A stretch of DNA of 64,000 nt from an uncultured Acidobacteriaceae bacterium (GTDB lineage Bacteria; Acidobacteriota; Terriglobia; Terriglobales; Acidobacteriaceae): NCBI GenBank assembly GCA_963828635.1, contig CAWHFA010000001.1:75030-139029 (forward strand), written 5' to 3'. Position numbers and translations under genes: made by a program. The notes beneath the pieces were generated by a model, which did no database searches, was not told the DNA's origin, and saw only the letters and a list, made by a program, of their open reading frames with translations. How positions within the stretch are numbered: the first letter of the stretch is position 1; each line of letters begins with the position of its first letter. Positions 36,743 through 46,703 of the stretch are shown here, piece by piece.

Positions 36743-38932
36743 TTACTCGCAGTCCGCGCCTTGAAAAAGCTCCACTTCAACCAAGACGGAATAAAACGTG
36801 GCGGAGTTGCCCATGTCAGTAAGTTTTTCGGAAGTTAGCACGTTTATGTTGCGATTATCTCGGGATAACTTTGCCCAGTGAAGATTGGCGGACACGACTC
36901 CCGGCTGCACTTTACCGTCCACGCGAGCGGTTAGAACGATTTCACCTCGCGAGTTGAACACTCGGACTTTGTTGCCATTGGTTATTTTGCGGGCCTGCGC
37001 GTCGGTAGAATTTATTTCGAGCAGGCCGAGGTCCTCCATTTTTTCGATGGACGGCTGGTTCGCGAAAGTTGAGTTCATAAAGTTGTCGGCTTTTCGAGCG
37101 AGCAGTTCCAGGGGGAAAGACCGGGATTGGGTGCCGTGGCGAGACTCAGTGGGCGGGGTGAACTGCACGACTGGATCGAGCCCTAAAGCTTTGAGTTCTT
37201 CACTGTAAAGTTCGGCTTTGCCGCTGGGAGTGCCAAAACCTGAGGCAAATGGCAAGTAAGGTTCGGCGGAATGCGACGGTTCGTTTTCGAGAAAGGAGGC
37301 GCTCTGATCTTTAACAGCGCTATGAAAGTTCAGGCGGACGTGTCCGTCTTGTTCTAGCCTTCCGCGATCGATGCCTTTCAACAACGGATTGTGTGACTCG
37401 AGGGCCGTATCGATCATTTGATCGACTGTTTCGTCGAAGCATGGATCGTTGAATCCCATGCGCTTTGCCAAGGCGCGAAATGTTTCCACGTTTGAACGGC
37501 ATTCTCCCAAAGGGTCAATCGCCTGATCGGACATCTGTAAATAAAAATGTCCGTAAGAAGTTTGTAGGTCTTTGTGCTCGAAAAACGTCGTGGCGGGAAG
37601 GACGATATCGGCGTAATCGGTGGTGTCGGTGAGGAACTGCTCGTGGACTACGGTGAAAAGATCGGTGCGTCGCAGGCCGCGCACAACTTCATTGTGGTTG
37701 GGACAAATTGCGGCGGGGTTTGAGCTATAAACGAACAAAGCTTTGATGGGAGGATCGGACAGGGTGTTCAGCGCCCTGCCCAACTCTGTCATAGCTATTT
37801 GCCGCGCGGGTCGTCCCAGGACGCTGGTCATTAGGTCCTTGCGCTTTAGAGGTTCGTCATTGAGTCCGAAGGCGCCGCTGGTCGAAAGTTGGAGGCCGCC
37901 GCCTACTTCCTTCCACGAACCGGTGATGCAGGGGAGCATGGTGATGGCGCGGGTAGCCATGCCTCCGTTTTCGGAACGCTGGACTCCGTAATTCACGCGA
38001 ATCACGGCCGGACGCATGGTGGCGTATTCGCGCGCTAATTTCAAAATGTCTGGGACGGAGATGCCAGTCCACTGCGCCACGCGTTCGGGAGGATAGTCGG
38101 CGACTTTCTTTCGCAACTCATCGAATCCCATGGTGTGTTGTGATACGTAGTCGGCATCGTGCAAATTTTCTTTGATGATGACATGCATCATGCTCATGGC
38201 AAGCGCCGCATCGGTCCCGGGATTAATGGGTAGATACCAGTCTGCGCAGGCGGCGGTACGGGTACGATAGGGATCGATCACGACCAGCTTCGCGCCTTCA
38301 CGGCGGGCCTCTGCGATGAATGGCCACAGATGAACGTTGTTACCGTGGATGTTGGAGGCCCACGCGATGATGTATCGGGAGTGCCGGAACTGCTCAGGCT
38401 CCGTCCCGACCTGGGAGCCGACAACGGACTTCAATCCCTCTTCGCCGGCGTTGGAGCATATGTTGCGCGATAACTGAGAGGCGCCCAAGCGATGGAAAAA
38501 ACGACGATCCATGGAGCCACTGTTGAGAGTTCCTAAGGTGCCGCCGTAAGAAAATGGCAGAATGGCCTCGCTACCGAACTCGCTCGCGATGTTCTGGAAC
38601 CTGGTAGAAATCTCATTCAGGGCCGCATCCCATGAGATACGTTCCCAGGTAGACTTTTCGTCCGACCGTTGCTTTCGAAGTTCTGTGGGCCCTTTAGGCC
38701 GCACTCTGCGCATCGGATAAAGAACTCGATCGGGCGCATACACGCGGTCTAAATACATGGCCACCTTTGCACATAAAAATCCGCGTGTCACGGGATGCGC
38801 CGGGTCGCCCTGAATTTTGGTGGCGCGACCCTGGTCGACAGTTATTAAGACGCCGCAAGCGTCAGGACAATCGTGCGGGCAAGCGGCATGAACTACTTTT
38901 TCCATGAGAGGAGAACCGGCTCGAGAAATCAT
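36743..38932 (-). CDS. Molybdopterin (bis-MGD) oxidoreductase, cytoplasmic type
   Basis: 729 aa. The N-terminal 4Fe-4S motif is 'CPHDCPDACGVL'. The molybdopterin oxidoreductase body and a C-terminal beta-barrel MGD-binding region follow. No twin-arginine signal is present. Confidence 0.85.
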   Translation of the reverse strand: MISRAGSPLMEKVVHAACPHDCPDACGVLITVDQGRATKIQGDPAHPVTRGFLCAKVAMYLDRVYAPDRVLYPMRRVRPKGPTELRKQRSDEKSTWERISWDAALNEISTRFQNIASEFGSEAILPFSYGGTLGTLNSGSMDRRFFHRLGASQLSRNICSNAGEEGLKSVVGSQVGTEPEQFRHSRYIIAWASNIHGNNVHLWPFIAEARREGAKLVVIDPYRTRTAACADWYLPINPGTDAALAMSMMHVIIKENLHDADYVSQHTMGFDELRKKVADYPPERVAQWTGISVPDILKLAREYATMRPAVIRVNYGVQRSENGGMATRAITMLPCITGSWKEVGGGLQLSTSGAFGLNDEPLKRKDLMTSVLGRPARQIAMTELGRALNTLSDPPIKALFVYSSNPAAICPNHNEVVRGLRRTDLFTVVHEQFLTDTTDYADIVLPATTFFEHKDLQTSYGHFYLQMSDQAIDPLGECRSNVETFRALAKRMGFNDPCFDETVDQMIDTALESHNPLLKGIDRGRLEQDGHVRLNFHSAVKDQSASFLENEPSHSAEPYLPFASGFGTPSGKAELYSEELKALGLDPVVQFTPPTESRHGTQSRSFPLELLARKADNFMNSTFANQPSIEKMEDLGLLEINSTDAQARKITNGNKVRVFNSRGEIVLTARVDGKVQPGVVSANLHWAKLSRDNRNINVLTSEKLTDMGNSATFYSVLVEVELFQGADCE

Positions 38933-38998
38933 TATACGATTGCGCCGGGAATGAAAGGTGCGCTGCTTCGGGATTGGGAAGAGCTACATGGAGTACCG

Positions 38999-39352
38999 TC
39001 AGCGCGCGGAACTTGCTAAGGCGGCTTTGGCGATAGCTTTTGTGTCAGAAGAGGGGCAGCAGTCTGCGGCTCCGGCGTTCAGGGTTGCAGCCCACATCTT
39101 TTCATCGGCGATGCGATGATTGCAGACGATGGAAACGCCAGGAAAGTCACGAGACAAACGCTCGACCTCGGAGAGCGACGACAGCTCCAAATCCAGGATG
39201 ACCGCGGCTGGATGATAATTCGCAATGCTGGTCCGCAATTCTTCCGGCGTACGGGCCAAGTGAATGTGATTTGCGCTATCGGATAACGATGAGACTAAAT
39301 CCTGAGAAATTCCGGAATCGCTTTGCAGTAGAACTACATTTAGAGGTTGCAT
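38999..39352 (-). CDS. Single-domain response-regulator-receiver-like protein, possibly degenerate
   Basis: 117 aa. 'VVLLQSDS...' and 'AAVILDLELS' resemble REC beta1 and beta3. The N-terminal acidic pair is not obvious. Confidence 0.45.
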   Translation of the reverse strand: MQPLNVVLLQSDSGISQDLVSSLSDSANHIHLARTPEELRTSIANYHPAAVILDLELSSLSEVERLSRDFPGVSIVCNHRIADEKMWAATLNAGAADCCPSSDTKAIAKAALASSAR

Positions 39353-39383
39353 AAATTCCTCTCATTCGACGGCGCCGACATGC

Positions 39384-39617
39384 TTACTTGCGGACGGAGC
39401 CATTTAAAGCGTCGAAGGGCTCCGGCTGGAGCTTCCCATTCTGCTTTAAAAGTATTTCCACTTTTCCTTCTGCCTCTTCAAGTTCTTTGCGGCAACTCGC
39501 GGAGAGCTGCATACCTTCTTCGAAAAGGGTGAGTGAGGTTTCAAGCGGCACCTCGCCCTTTTCAAGTTCTTGTACTACTTTTTCGAGTCGCTGGAGACAA
39601 TCTTCAAACTTTGCCAA
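39384..39617 (-). CDS. xseB: Exodeoxyribonuclease VII small subunit
   Basis: 77 aa. 'FEDCLQRLEKVVQELEKGEVPLETSLTLFEEGMQLSASCRKELEEAE' matches the XseB pattern. Confidence 0.8.
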   Translation of the reverse strand: MAKFEDCLQRLEKVVQELEKGEVPLETSLTLFEEGMQLSASCRKELEEAEGKVEILLKQNGKLQPEPFDALNGSVRK

Positions 39618-39702
39618 GGTAGATTTCCTCTGGTTATTTTAGACTCAGGTTGCCACAGCAATATCAGGTAAAAAATGTAGGAAGTTCCAAATTAGATACG
39701 TT

Positions 39703-41569
39703 CTATGCCCCAGCCGTGGTGCGGAAGCTTTCTCCCAAGACTTCCAGCACGTCGACGGCGGCGGAATATTTGCCTTGGGGTGCGCTGATCTGCGCGCCTT
39801 GTACCATGCCCCTTACAGAACTCAACATTTCGCGAGCTATGGAAATTCCTTCTTCCCGCGCGGCCTCGGGGCTGACAGCGTTGCTCATGCGTTGCAGAAT
39901 GTGGTCGGGTACGGAGACCCTAAGTTCGTTCTTCATGAATTCCGCGTTGCGAGCGCTGACCAGGGGCCAAATGCCTGCGATGATTGGAATGCGGCAGTGC
40001 TCGATTCGCTTTAAGAAGGTTTCCAGCAGGCCTTCATCGAAGACGGGTTGGGTGACCGCGAATTCCGCACCCGCTTCAACTTTATATTCGAAGCGGCGAA
40101 CTTCTTCATCCAGGTTGGAAACGCCTGGGTTGGCGCCGACTCCAATTACAAAAGAAGTGCCGGCACCGATGGCATTGCCACCGATGTCAAGTCCCCTATT
40201 AAGGTTATGAACTATATTCACCAGGCCGATGGCGTCCACGTCAAAGACCGCCGTGGCATCGGGATAGCTACCCATTTTAGGGGGATCGCCGGTGATGCAG
40301 ATCAAATTGCGAATGCCGGTTGCAGCCGCGCCCAGCAGATCCGACTGAATACACAACACATTCCTGTCGCGGCAGGTGTAATGCAGTATGGTCTCGATGC
40401 CAACCTGTTGCTGAATCAACAAGCGAAAGTGCCTGGTTGCTCATTCTGGCGGAAGCTCGCGGGCTATCGGGAATGTTGATGACGTCGACTCCAACAGACT
40501 TGAGAAAGCGCGAACCTTCGACCTCTTTGCGGATGTCGGTGCCCTTGGGTGGGACGATTTCGACCATGGTGACAAATTCGCCTGAGGCGATCTTGGCACC
40601 TAAGCGAGAGCGATTTTCCAGAGGCGCTGCGGCGGTGGTGACCGCTTTTGGCCCGCTGCTGACTCTCGTGGGGGAAGTCTTGGCGCGGGCTTCTCCGGCG
40701 CGCAAGGCCGATTTCATGACGCGGATATGGTCGGGAGTGCTGCCGCAGCATCCGCCGATGAGACGGACTCCGGCAGTCACAAATTTTCTAGCGTAGCTAG
40801 CCATGTATTCTGGCGAGCACAAATAAATATTGCGCCCTTCGACTGAGCGGGGAATGCCAGCATTCGGTTGGGCGGAAAGGGGCAGTGAGGTTGCGGCGCG
40901 CACTCGTTCCATGGCTTCAAGCATGGCGACGGGGCCGACGCTGCAATTGCATCCGATGACGTCAGCTCCCCATTCTTCAAGGCGCGGAGCGAAGGTCTCG
41001 GGAGTGGAACCATCGAGACAATTAGAATCTTCATCGACGGTGACCTGAGCTACGACGGGAATATTCGGATCGACTTCCCGGGCGGCGAGAATGGCCTGAT
41101 GTAACTCTTCGACGTATCCGAAGGTTTCCATAATCAGGACATTCACCCCGCCCTCGACCAGCGCTTCGATCTGCTCGCGAAATGCGGTCCGTGCTTCAGC
41201 GAACGAAGTCTTTCCCAAGGGTTCTATGCGAATGCCCAAAGGTCCGACGGCTCCGGCGACCCAAACGTCGAAACTTTTAGCGGCGTCATGGGCGAGGCGC
41301 GCTCCAGCCAAGTTGATGTCGCGAACTTTGTCGGTCATGCCATGGCGGGCCAGGCGAAAGGAATTCCCTCCGAAAGTATTGGTTTCAATAATTTCCGCGC
41401 CGCATTGCAAATATTCGTGATGAATGCCGCGAATCAGATCGGGCTGCGAAAGGTTCAGCTCATCGTAGCAGCGATTTATGAAAACCCCTTTCGAATAAAG
41501 AAGAGTGCCCATGGCCCCATCACAGAGAACCGGAGACTTCTTCAAACGATCGATTAAATCAGCGGGCAT
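39703..41569 (-). pseudogene. Bifunctional homocysteine S-methyltransferase / methylenetetrahydrofolate reductase (YitJ-like), one frame break near 40420
   Basis: ORF 40277..41569 holds the HMT domain ('LCDGAMGT', 'IETNTFG', 'GCNCSVGP', 'GGCCGSTPDHI') and the MTHFR start. ORF 39703..40422 holds the MTHFR body ('ILHYTCRDRN', 'ITGDPP'). The join reads 'ARMSNQALSL|LIQQQVGIETILHYTC'. Confidence 0.8.
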
Positions 41570-41700
41570 GATCTTCAGGATACAAGATGGATATGGGTTT
41601 GCCCACCTGGGGGCGGCGGCGAATTCGGCGCGAAAGCTCTGCTATAATCCGCTTCTTTGCATCCTACTTATTATCGGTCGTGTCCTGTGGAGTTCCCCGG

Positions 41701-42930
41701 TTGAAAAAAGCTCTTGGCGGATTCTTGTGTCTTCTGTTGGGATGCACAGCTCTAACGTCGTGCGGATCTAAGAAGGCGAGCAATTCCACGCACGTTCCCA
41801 GCGGACTAAAATTCCGCGCATTCATCTCCAATCCGCTGTCGGTAAACTCGGCTGGATCGAGCCTGCCTGCCTTGAATATTGTGGATGCGTCGAAAGACTT
41901 GATTTCAGGCTTTACGGTAGATCTATCAACCTCGGTGTCCAATGCTGGGATGATGGCACTGTCGCCAAGTCAAGCTTTTACGTTGGTATCGAGCCCCAGC
42001 AATAACTCCGTAGCGATCGTGAACAACACAACCGAAACGGCTCAGGGGGTGGTGAACTTGCCAGGCGCGACCCAGAGTATGTTCGTGTGGATCGATAACG
42101 CGACGGCATACGCCGCAGTTCCGGGCGCTACGGTAACAGCTAGTCAGGGCCAATCTCCTGGGGCAGTCGTTGCTCTCGACCTGGCCAATTCAGCAATCTC
42201 AGCGACCGTGCCCGTACCCGGGGCACAGTACGTGGTGGACAGCCATGACGGTAGCCGCATTCTGGCTTTCGGCAACATTCCGCAGAACGTAACGGTGATC
42301 AACCCCAGCCAGGTCAGTACGGCCACTGATCCCCGCACGGTGGTATCAAGCATGGCATTCGACCATCCGGTGTGGGGCGTTTTTAGCGCCGACGACACCA
42401 CCGCGTACATTTTGAATTGCGGGCCGGAATGTGGAGGTACTGCCTCCAGCGTGGCTGTGCTGGACATGACACAAAACCCGCCGGTGGTGACCGCGACAAT
42501 TTTGGTGCCGGCTGCGACGTTCGGTATTTTGAATGGCTCGACTTTGTATGTTGCAGGTACTGCATCGGGCGGGGGCCAATTGACGGCAATCACCGTAGCC
42601 ACAAATACGGTCTTGAATGCCAGTGCCATAGCCATATCGGACGGGTATCACAACCGCATGGCTTTGACCGGCAATGGCGAGCTTTTGATTGGGGCCCGGA
42701 CATGCACAGGGGGCTGTTTGTCTTTTTTTAATACCGCGACCGGCGCAGTGGCGGTCCCGGCAGTGAGCGGTGATGTGACTGGAATGCAGCCCATCACGGG
42801 GCGCAATGTAGCATACGTCTGTCAGGGTGGATTTCTGAATATTTACGACACCACCAAGAATGTTCTGCAGAAAACACAGGTCAATATCGTAGGCCAGCCT
42901 GAAGATGTCGAACTGGTTGGTTCGCCATAG
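41701..42930 (+). CDS. Putative lipoprotein with beta-propeller-like repeats (hypothetical)
   Basis: Lipobox 'LLLGCTALTSCGS'. I prefer the in-frame TTG at 41701 over the track start 41587. The body is a Ser/Thr/Val/Ala-rich repeat region ('AYAAVPG', 'AYILNCG', 'LYVAGTASGG'). Confidence 0.5.
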   Translation: MKKALGGFLCLLLGCTALTSCGSKKASNSTHVPSGLKFRAFISNPLSVNSAGSSLPALNIVDASKDLISGFTVDLSTSVSNAGMMALSPSQAFTLVSSPSNNSVAIVNNTTETAQGVVNLPGATQSMFVWIDNATAYAAVPGATVTASQGQSPGAVVALDLANSAISATVPVPGAQYVVDSHDGSRILAFGNIPQNVTVINPSQVSTATDPRTVVSSMAFDHPVWGVFSADDTTAYILNCGPECGGTASSVAVLDMTQNPPVVTATILVPAATFGILNGSTLYVAGTASGGGQLTAITVATNTVLNASAIAISDGYHNRMALTGNGELLIGARTCTGGCLSFFNTATGAVAVPAVSGDVTGMQPITGRNVAYVCQGGFLNIYDTTKNVLQKTQVNIVGQPEDVELVGSP

Positions 42931-42932
42931 CA

Positions 42933-43367
42933 ATGGCCTCCACCTGTGCGAATTGCGGGTTAGAAACGCCGGAGATGAGCGGTTCGTGCCGGGCGTGTGG
43001 TGAAGTTCAGTCCGGCGAGCTTACACGAGCTACGCTGCCGGAAAGATTCGCCGCCGCTTTCGCTTACTTTAGCTTGATCCCCGCAATAGTCTTGATTCTG
43101 GTAGGCCGTTTTAAAAACAGCGCCTTCGTTGGCTTCCACTGCTTTCAGTCGATTTTTGTCAGTGTCGCAGCGTTAGTGATCGGCGCCGTCCTTGGGCTAT
43201 GCATTACCTTTGGACTAATTCCCGCATTGTTTTCGGCTTTGGTGCTAAGCATTGTCTCCCTCGCGTGCTTCCTAGTTTGGCTGGTTTTGGTAGTGAAAGC
43301 TCTGCAAGGAAGGCGGTTCAGACTCCCATGGATCGGAGCACTAGCAGAGAAGAAGGCATCACGCTAA
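42933..43367 (+). CDS. Zinc-ribbon plus multi-TM small membrane protein (DUF4870-like)
   Basis: 144 aa. 'CANCG...CRACG' is followed by three hydrophobic helices. Confidence 0.55.
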   Translation: MASTCANCGLETPEMSGSCRACGEVQSGELTRATLPERFAAAFAYFSLIPAIVLILVGRFKNSAFVGFHCFQSIFVSVAALVIGAVLGLCITFGLIPALFSALVLSIVSLACFLVWLVLVVKALQGRRFRLPWIGALAEKKASR

Positions 43368-43529
43368 AGCGCTTGGGTAAAGTCTTTCGTAATCCGTGGT
43401 GCAATTGCCGGAATGCCTTCTCGTCTGTATAACTTCTAATTCAACATGGGTAGCTACGCGGGAGGGTGCGGTATCGATTTTGGGAAGCAGTAACGATTCC
43501 TATCGGGCTTGGACAGAGGATTTTTTATT

Positions 43530-44498
43530 TTGAAGCTGAAGGTTTTTTATCACGATAAGTGTTTCGACGGGGCGTCGTCCGCGGCGGCGTTTTCGCGCTT
43601 CTATCGCGAACGTGTCAGCAGCGATGTAGAGTTTGTTTTCTGCGGATTGCTGCACCGGGCCGGGGGTCTTTTCGATAACGTCAAATTCGACGGCGATCAA
43701 AATGCTATCGTTGATTTCAAGTATTCCAGCTCACCGAAACTGACTTGGTGGTTTGATCATCACCAGAGCGCATTTTTGACCCCGGCCGATGCGGCGCATT
43801 TTGAGCAGGACCAAAGCAACCGCAAGTTTTACGATCCTGATTTTAAATCGTGCACCAGTTTTATCGCGATGATCGCCGAGCAGCGGTTTGGCTTTGATGC
43901 GACGCCAATTGAGGAGTTGGTGCATTGGACTGACATCATTGATGGAGCAATGTACCCGGACGCGCTGACCGCGGTGGAGATGAAGGCGCCGGCGATGAAA
44001 CTTACTATGGCGATCGAATCAGCGAAAGATCCGGAGTTCATCCCGCGGCTAATTCCGCTATTAGTGACGAAGCCGCTCGCTGAGGTTTTGGAAGTGCCGT
44101 TCGTTGCGGAGGTGATGCCACCGCTGCTGGCTCGCCATCAAAGATCAATGGCCGTGTTGAAAGAACGCATTCAATTCGAAGACGGAACGCTTTTCTTCGA
44201 TGTCACCGACCTGGATTTGGAGGGGTACAACAAATTCGTGCCCTATTATTTGTGCCCGGAATCGATATACAGCGTGGGGTTGAGCAAGAGCAGTTTCCGG
44301 GTAAAGGTCTCGGTGGGTTCGAACCCATGGGGGCCCGCGGAGCCAACGGTCAATCTGGCGAAAATATGCGAGAGATACGGCGGCGGTGGACACGCTCGCG
44401 TGGGTGCGATTTCGTTTGACGTTACGCAGCACGAGGTGGCGAAAAAGGCTGCGCAGGAAATTTTGCGAGAACTTCGCGCGAGTGTGGCGAAGGGTTAG
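43530..44498 (+). CDS. DHH/DHHA1-superfamily phosphoesterase
   Basis: 'FYHDKCFDGASSAA', 'DHHQS' and the C-terminal 'GGGGHARVGA' (DHHA1 GGGH motif). A TTG at 43530 with AGAGGA 9 nt upstream is preferred over the track start 43509. Confidence 0.6.
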   Translation: MKLKVFYHDKCFDGASSAAAFSRFYRERVSSDVEFVFCGLLHRAGGLFDNVKFDGDQNAIVDFKYSSSPKLTWWFDHHQSAFLTPADAAHFEQDQSNRKFYDPDFKSCTSFIAMIAEQRFGFDATPIEELVHWTDIIDGAMYPDALTAVEMKAPAMKLTMAIESAKDPEFIPRLIPLLVTKPLAEVLEVPFVAEVMPPLLARHQRSMAVLKERIQFEDGTLFFDVTDLDLEGYNKFVPYYLCPESIYSVGLSKSSFRVKVSVGSNPWGPAEPTVNLAKICERYGGGGHARVGAISFDVTQHEVAKKAAQEILRELRASVAKG

Positions 44499-44620
44499 CG
44501 GGTCGAGGGGCTTTCCCGGTAGTACCTTGACAAAGGAGGAGGAGCAGTTCGAGAACTGCAGTCGGCGCGGAGCCTTTGCGGCTTCATTCCGTGTCGCCTG
44601 TCGATTTTTTGATCCGACTG

Positions 44621-44648
44621 GACAGCCGAGGGCGGCTGTCCCTACGCG
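44621..44648 (+). repeat. REP-like GC hairpin, copy B ('gacagccg aggg cggctgtc cctacg')
   Basis: It has the same 8-bp stem and 3' 'cctacg' tail as 32523-32551. It lies just upstream of the ABC ATPase start. Confidence 0.6.
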
Positions 44649-44671
44649 AGCTCTTAAGCTGCCTAAAATCG

Positions 44672-45367
44672 GTGAGTATCTCTTCCACTTCCGCCCCTAT
44701 CATTCTGCGAGCTGAAAACCTGGGACGTACGGTTAACGGGAAAACACTGGTCGAGAGCGCAACCTTTGACCTTTATGGTGGGGAGGTTTTGGCAATCGTG
44801 GGACCGAGCGGGTCAGGGAAGAGTTCGCTGCTGCGGCTGCTGAACCGACTCGATGAACCCACCACCGGTACGGTCTACCTCGACGGAATCGACTACCGGG
44901 AGATCAAGCCGCAAACTCTTCGCCAGCGAGTAGGTTTCGTAAGCCAGCGTCCTTTTCTTTTTCCGGGGACGGTTGAAGGAAATCTAAATTTCGGTCCCAC
45001 TCAACGCGGACAGATTCTGCCGCCGCAGGCAATTCCCGATTTGCTCACAAAGGTAGGGTTGCAAGGGTACGGTTCGCGTGATGTCTCCAACCTTTCGGGG
45101 GGAGAAGCGCAACGGATTTCGGTGGCGCGAACCCTGGCAAATTTGCCACTGATACTGTTGCTCGATGAACCGACTTCCGCCCTCGATGAAGCATCCAAGA
45201 TTGGCATTGAATCCTTGCTGCGTGACATTGTGAGAGATGACCGGCTCACGTGTGTAATGGTGACGCACGATAAGGCCCAGGCGGGACGTCTAGCTGACCG
45301 CTTACTGGTAGTTGAAAAAGGCCGTATCGTGCATTCCGGGGCCACGGCGGAGGTACTAAATGCTTGA
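44672..45367 (+). CDS. ABC transporter ATP-binding protein (FetA/YbbL-like)
   Basis: Walker A 'GPSGSGKSS', signature 'LSGGEAQR' and Walker B 'LLLDEPTSALD'. GTG at 44672 is preferred because upstream codons of the track ORF (44576) run through the repeat hairpin. Confidence 0.8.
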   Translation: MSISSTSAPIILRAENLGRTVNGKTLVESATFDLYGGEVLAIVGPSGSGKSSLLRLLNRLDEPTTGTVYLDGIDYREIKPQTLRQRVGFVSQRPFLFPGTVEGNLNFGPTQRGQILPPQAIPDLLTKVGLQGYGSRDVSNLSGGEAQRISVARTLANLPLILLLDEPTSALDEASKIGIESLLRDIVRDDRLTCVMVTHDKAQAGRLADRLLVVEKGRIVHSGATAEVLNA

Positions 45368-46148
45368 ACATTGGTTCACCGGACCATTACACCTGGTACT
45401 GGCCCAAGCCGCGGCGGCCGCCCTGGCTGCAATGATCGTAGTGTTGTTGGCGCGCAGACGGGGAATCCATCTTGAAGCTGATGTACTGATCGCGATGGTT
45501 CGGGGGTTGGTACAAATTGTCGCGGTGGGATCCATTCTGGTTTTGCTGCTTAAAGGGCCGCGTTGGTACGGCGGATGCCTGCTGATATTAATGATCGTTG
45601 CCGCGGGTGCGACGTCGGCACGGCGCGCCAAGGGCATTCCGGGAGCGTTCGCGGTTTCGACCTGGGCCATTGGCTTTGGCTCGGGGTTGGTGATTGCGGT
45701 CATGACCTGGCTGGGAGTGATCGACAGCGCGATCACGTCTCTGGTGCCGGTGGGAAGCATGCTCATTGCGAATGCGATGAACACGAACGGCTTGGCTTTG
45801 AATCGCATTCGCGCGGACGTCCTGACTCACGTTGGCGAGATTGAAAGTGCTCTGGCGCTGGGAGCCACGTCGAGCGTAAGCGTCTCCCCTTACTTGCGGG
45901 CCGCGTTTGAGTCGAGTTTGATCCCCGCGATCGACTCGGTGCGATCCCTGGGGATCGTATGGATTCCCGGGCTCATGGCGGGGATGCTGCTGTCGGGCGC
46001 GCGCCCTTTGTACGCGGCAATTTATCAATTTGTGGTGCTGGCCATGATATTCGCTTCGTCGGGATTGACCTCACTCGTTAGTACGCTGTTCATTCGTGCT
46101 CGCCTGTTCAGCGCGGCGGACCAACTTATGCTTCAGCCTGGGAGATAA
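45360..46148 (+). CDS. ABC exporter permease of the FetB/YbbM (UPF0014) type
   Basis: 262-aa multi-TM protein that overlaps the ATPase gene by 8 nt. The pairing matches the FetAB/YbbLM arrangement as I remember it. Confidence 0.7.
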   Translation: MLEHWFTGPLHLVLAQAAAAALAAMIVVLLARRRGIHLEADVLIAMVRGLVQIVAVGSILVLLLKGPRWYGGCLLILMIVAAGATSARRAKGIPGAFAVSTWAIGFGSGLVIAVMTWLGVIDSAITSLVPVGSMLIANAMNTNGLALNRIRADVLTHVGEIESALALGATSSVSVSPYLRAAFESSLIPAIDSVRSLGIVWIPGLMAGMLLSGARPLYAAIYQFVVLAMIFASSGLTSLVSTLFIRARLFSAADQLMLQPGR

Positions 46149-46678
46149 TGGGATCGATGGGTAGCTGGCTCCGCGACGACGTTTGCCCCCCGCCGAATGA
46201 GTGCCCGCCGCACATTAAGGTGCTGCGCGCGGTGGCATCACTGGAATTGACCAAGGGGTTGGTAGTTCTTGCGGGAATCTTCGCGATCCTATTTTTGGTG
46301 CATAAAGATCCCGGAGATGTGGCAGATTGGTGCTTAACCGTCCTGCACATCAGCCCTGACCATCACTTCGCGCAAGTTTTTTTGGATTGGGCGGATACAC
46401 TGACCGACAGAAAGCTGTGGGTTGTTGCCGATACGGCGGCAGTTTATTGCATTCTTCGCTTTGTGGAAGCCTACGGTTTGTGGAAGGCTCGAGCTTGGGC
46501 GGAATGGATCGCGCTGATTTCAGGATGCCTGTACCTTCCATTCGAAATATTCAAGCTGATCACCCGGCCGAATTGGTTTCACGCCAGCCTGATCATCGTT
46601 AACGTGGCCGTTGTGGGATATATGGCCTACGTGCTGCTTGAGACACGCGCTTCCAAGCACCGCCTTCAACAAATTTAG
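46148..46678 (+). CDS. DUF2127-like membrane protein
   Basis: 176 aa. 'ILRFVEAYGLWKARAWAEWIALISGCLYLPFEIFKL' resembles DUF2127. The start overlaps the fetB-like stop (TAATG). Confidence 0.55.
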   Translation: MGSMGSWLRDDVCPPPNECPPHIKVLRAVASLELTKGLVVLAGIFAILFLVHKDPGDVADWCLTVLHISPDHHFAQVFLDWADTLTDRKLWVVADTAAVYCILRFVEAYGLWKARAWAEWIALISGCLYLPFEIFKLITRPNWFHASLIIVNVAVVGYMAYVLLETRASKHRLQQI

Positions 46679-46703
46679 ATTGGGTTGTGAAGGGTGCGAG
46701 TTA

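Noticed and set aside
41587-41700. A 38-codon N-terminal extension of the lipoprotein ORF, with similar extensions at 44576, 47421, 58500 and 32517
   Set aside because: The extensions are Arg/Ser-rich or run through repeats and promoters. In-frame alternative starts sit right before the signal peptide or the conserved N-terminus, so the shorter models are preferred.
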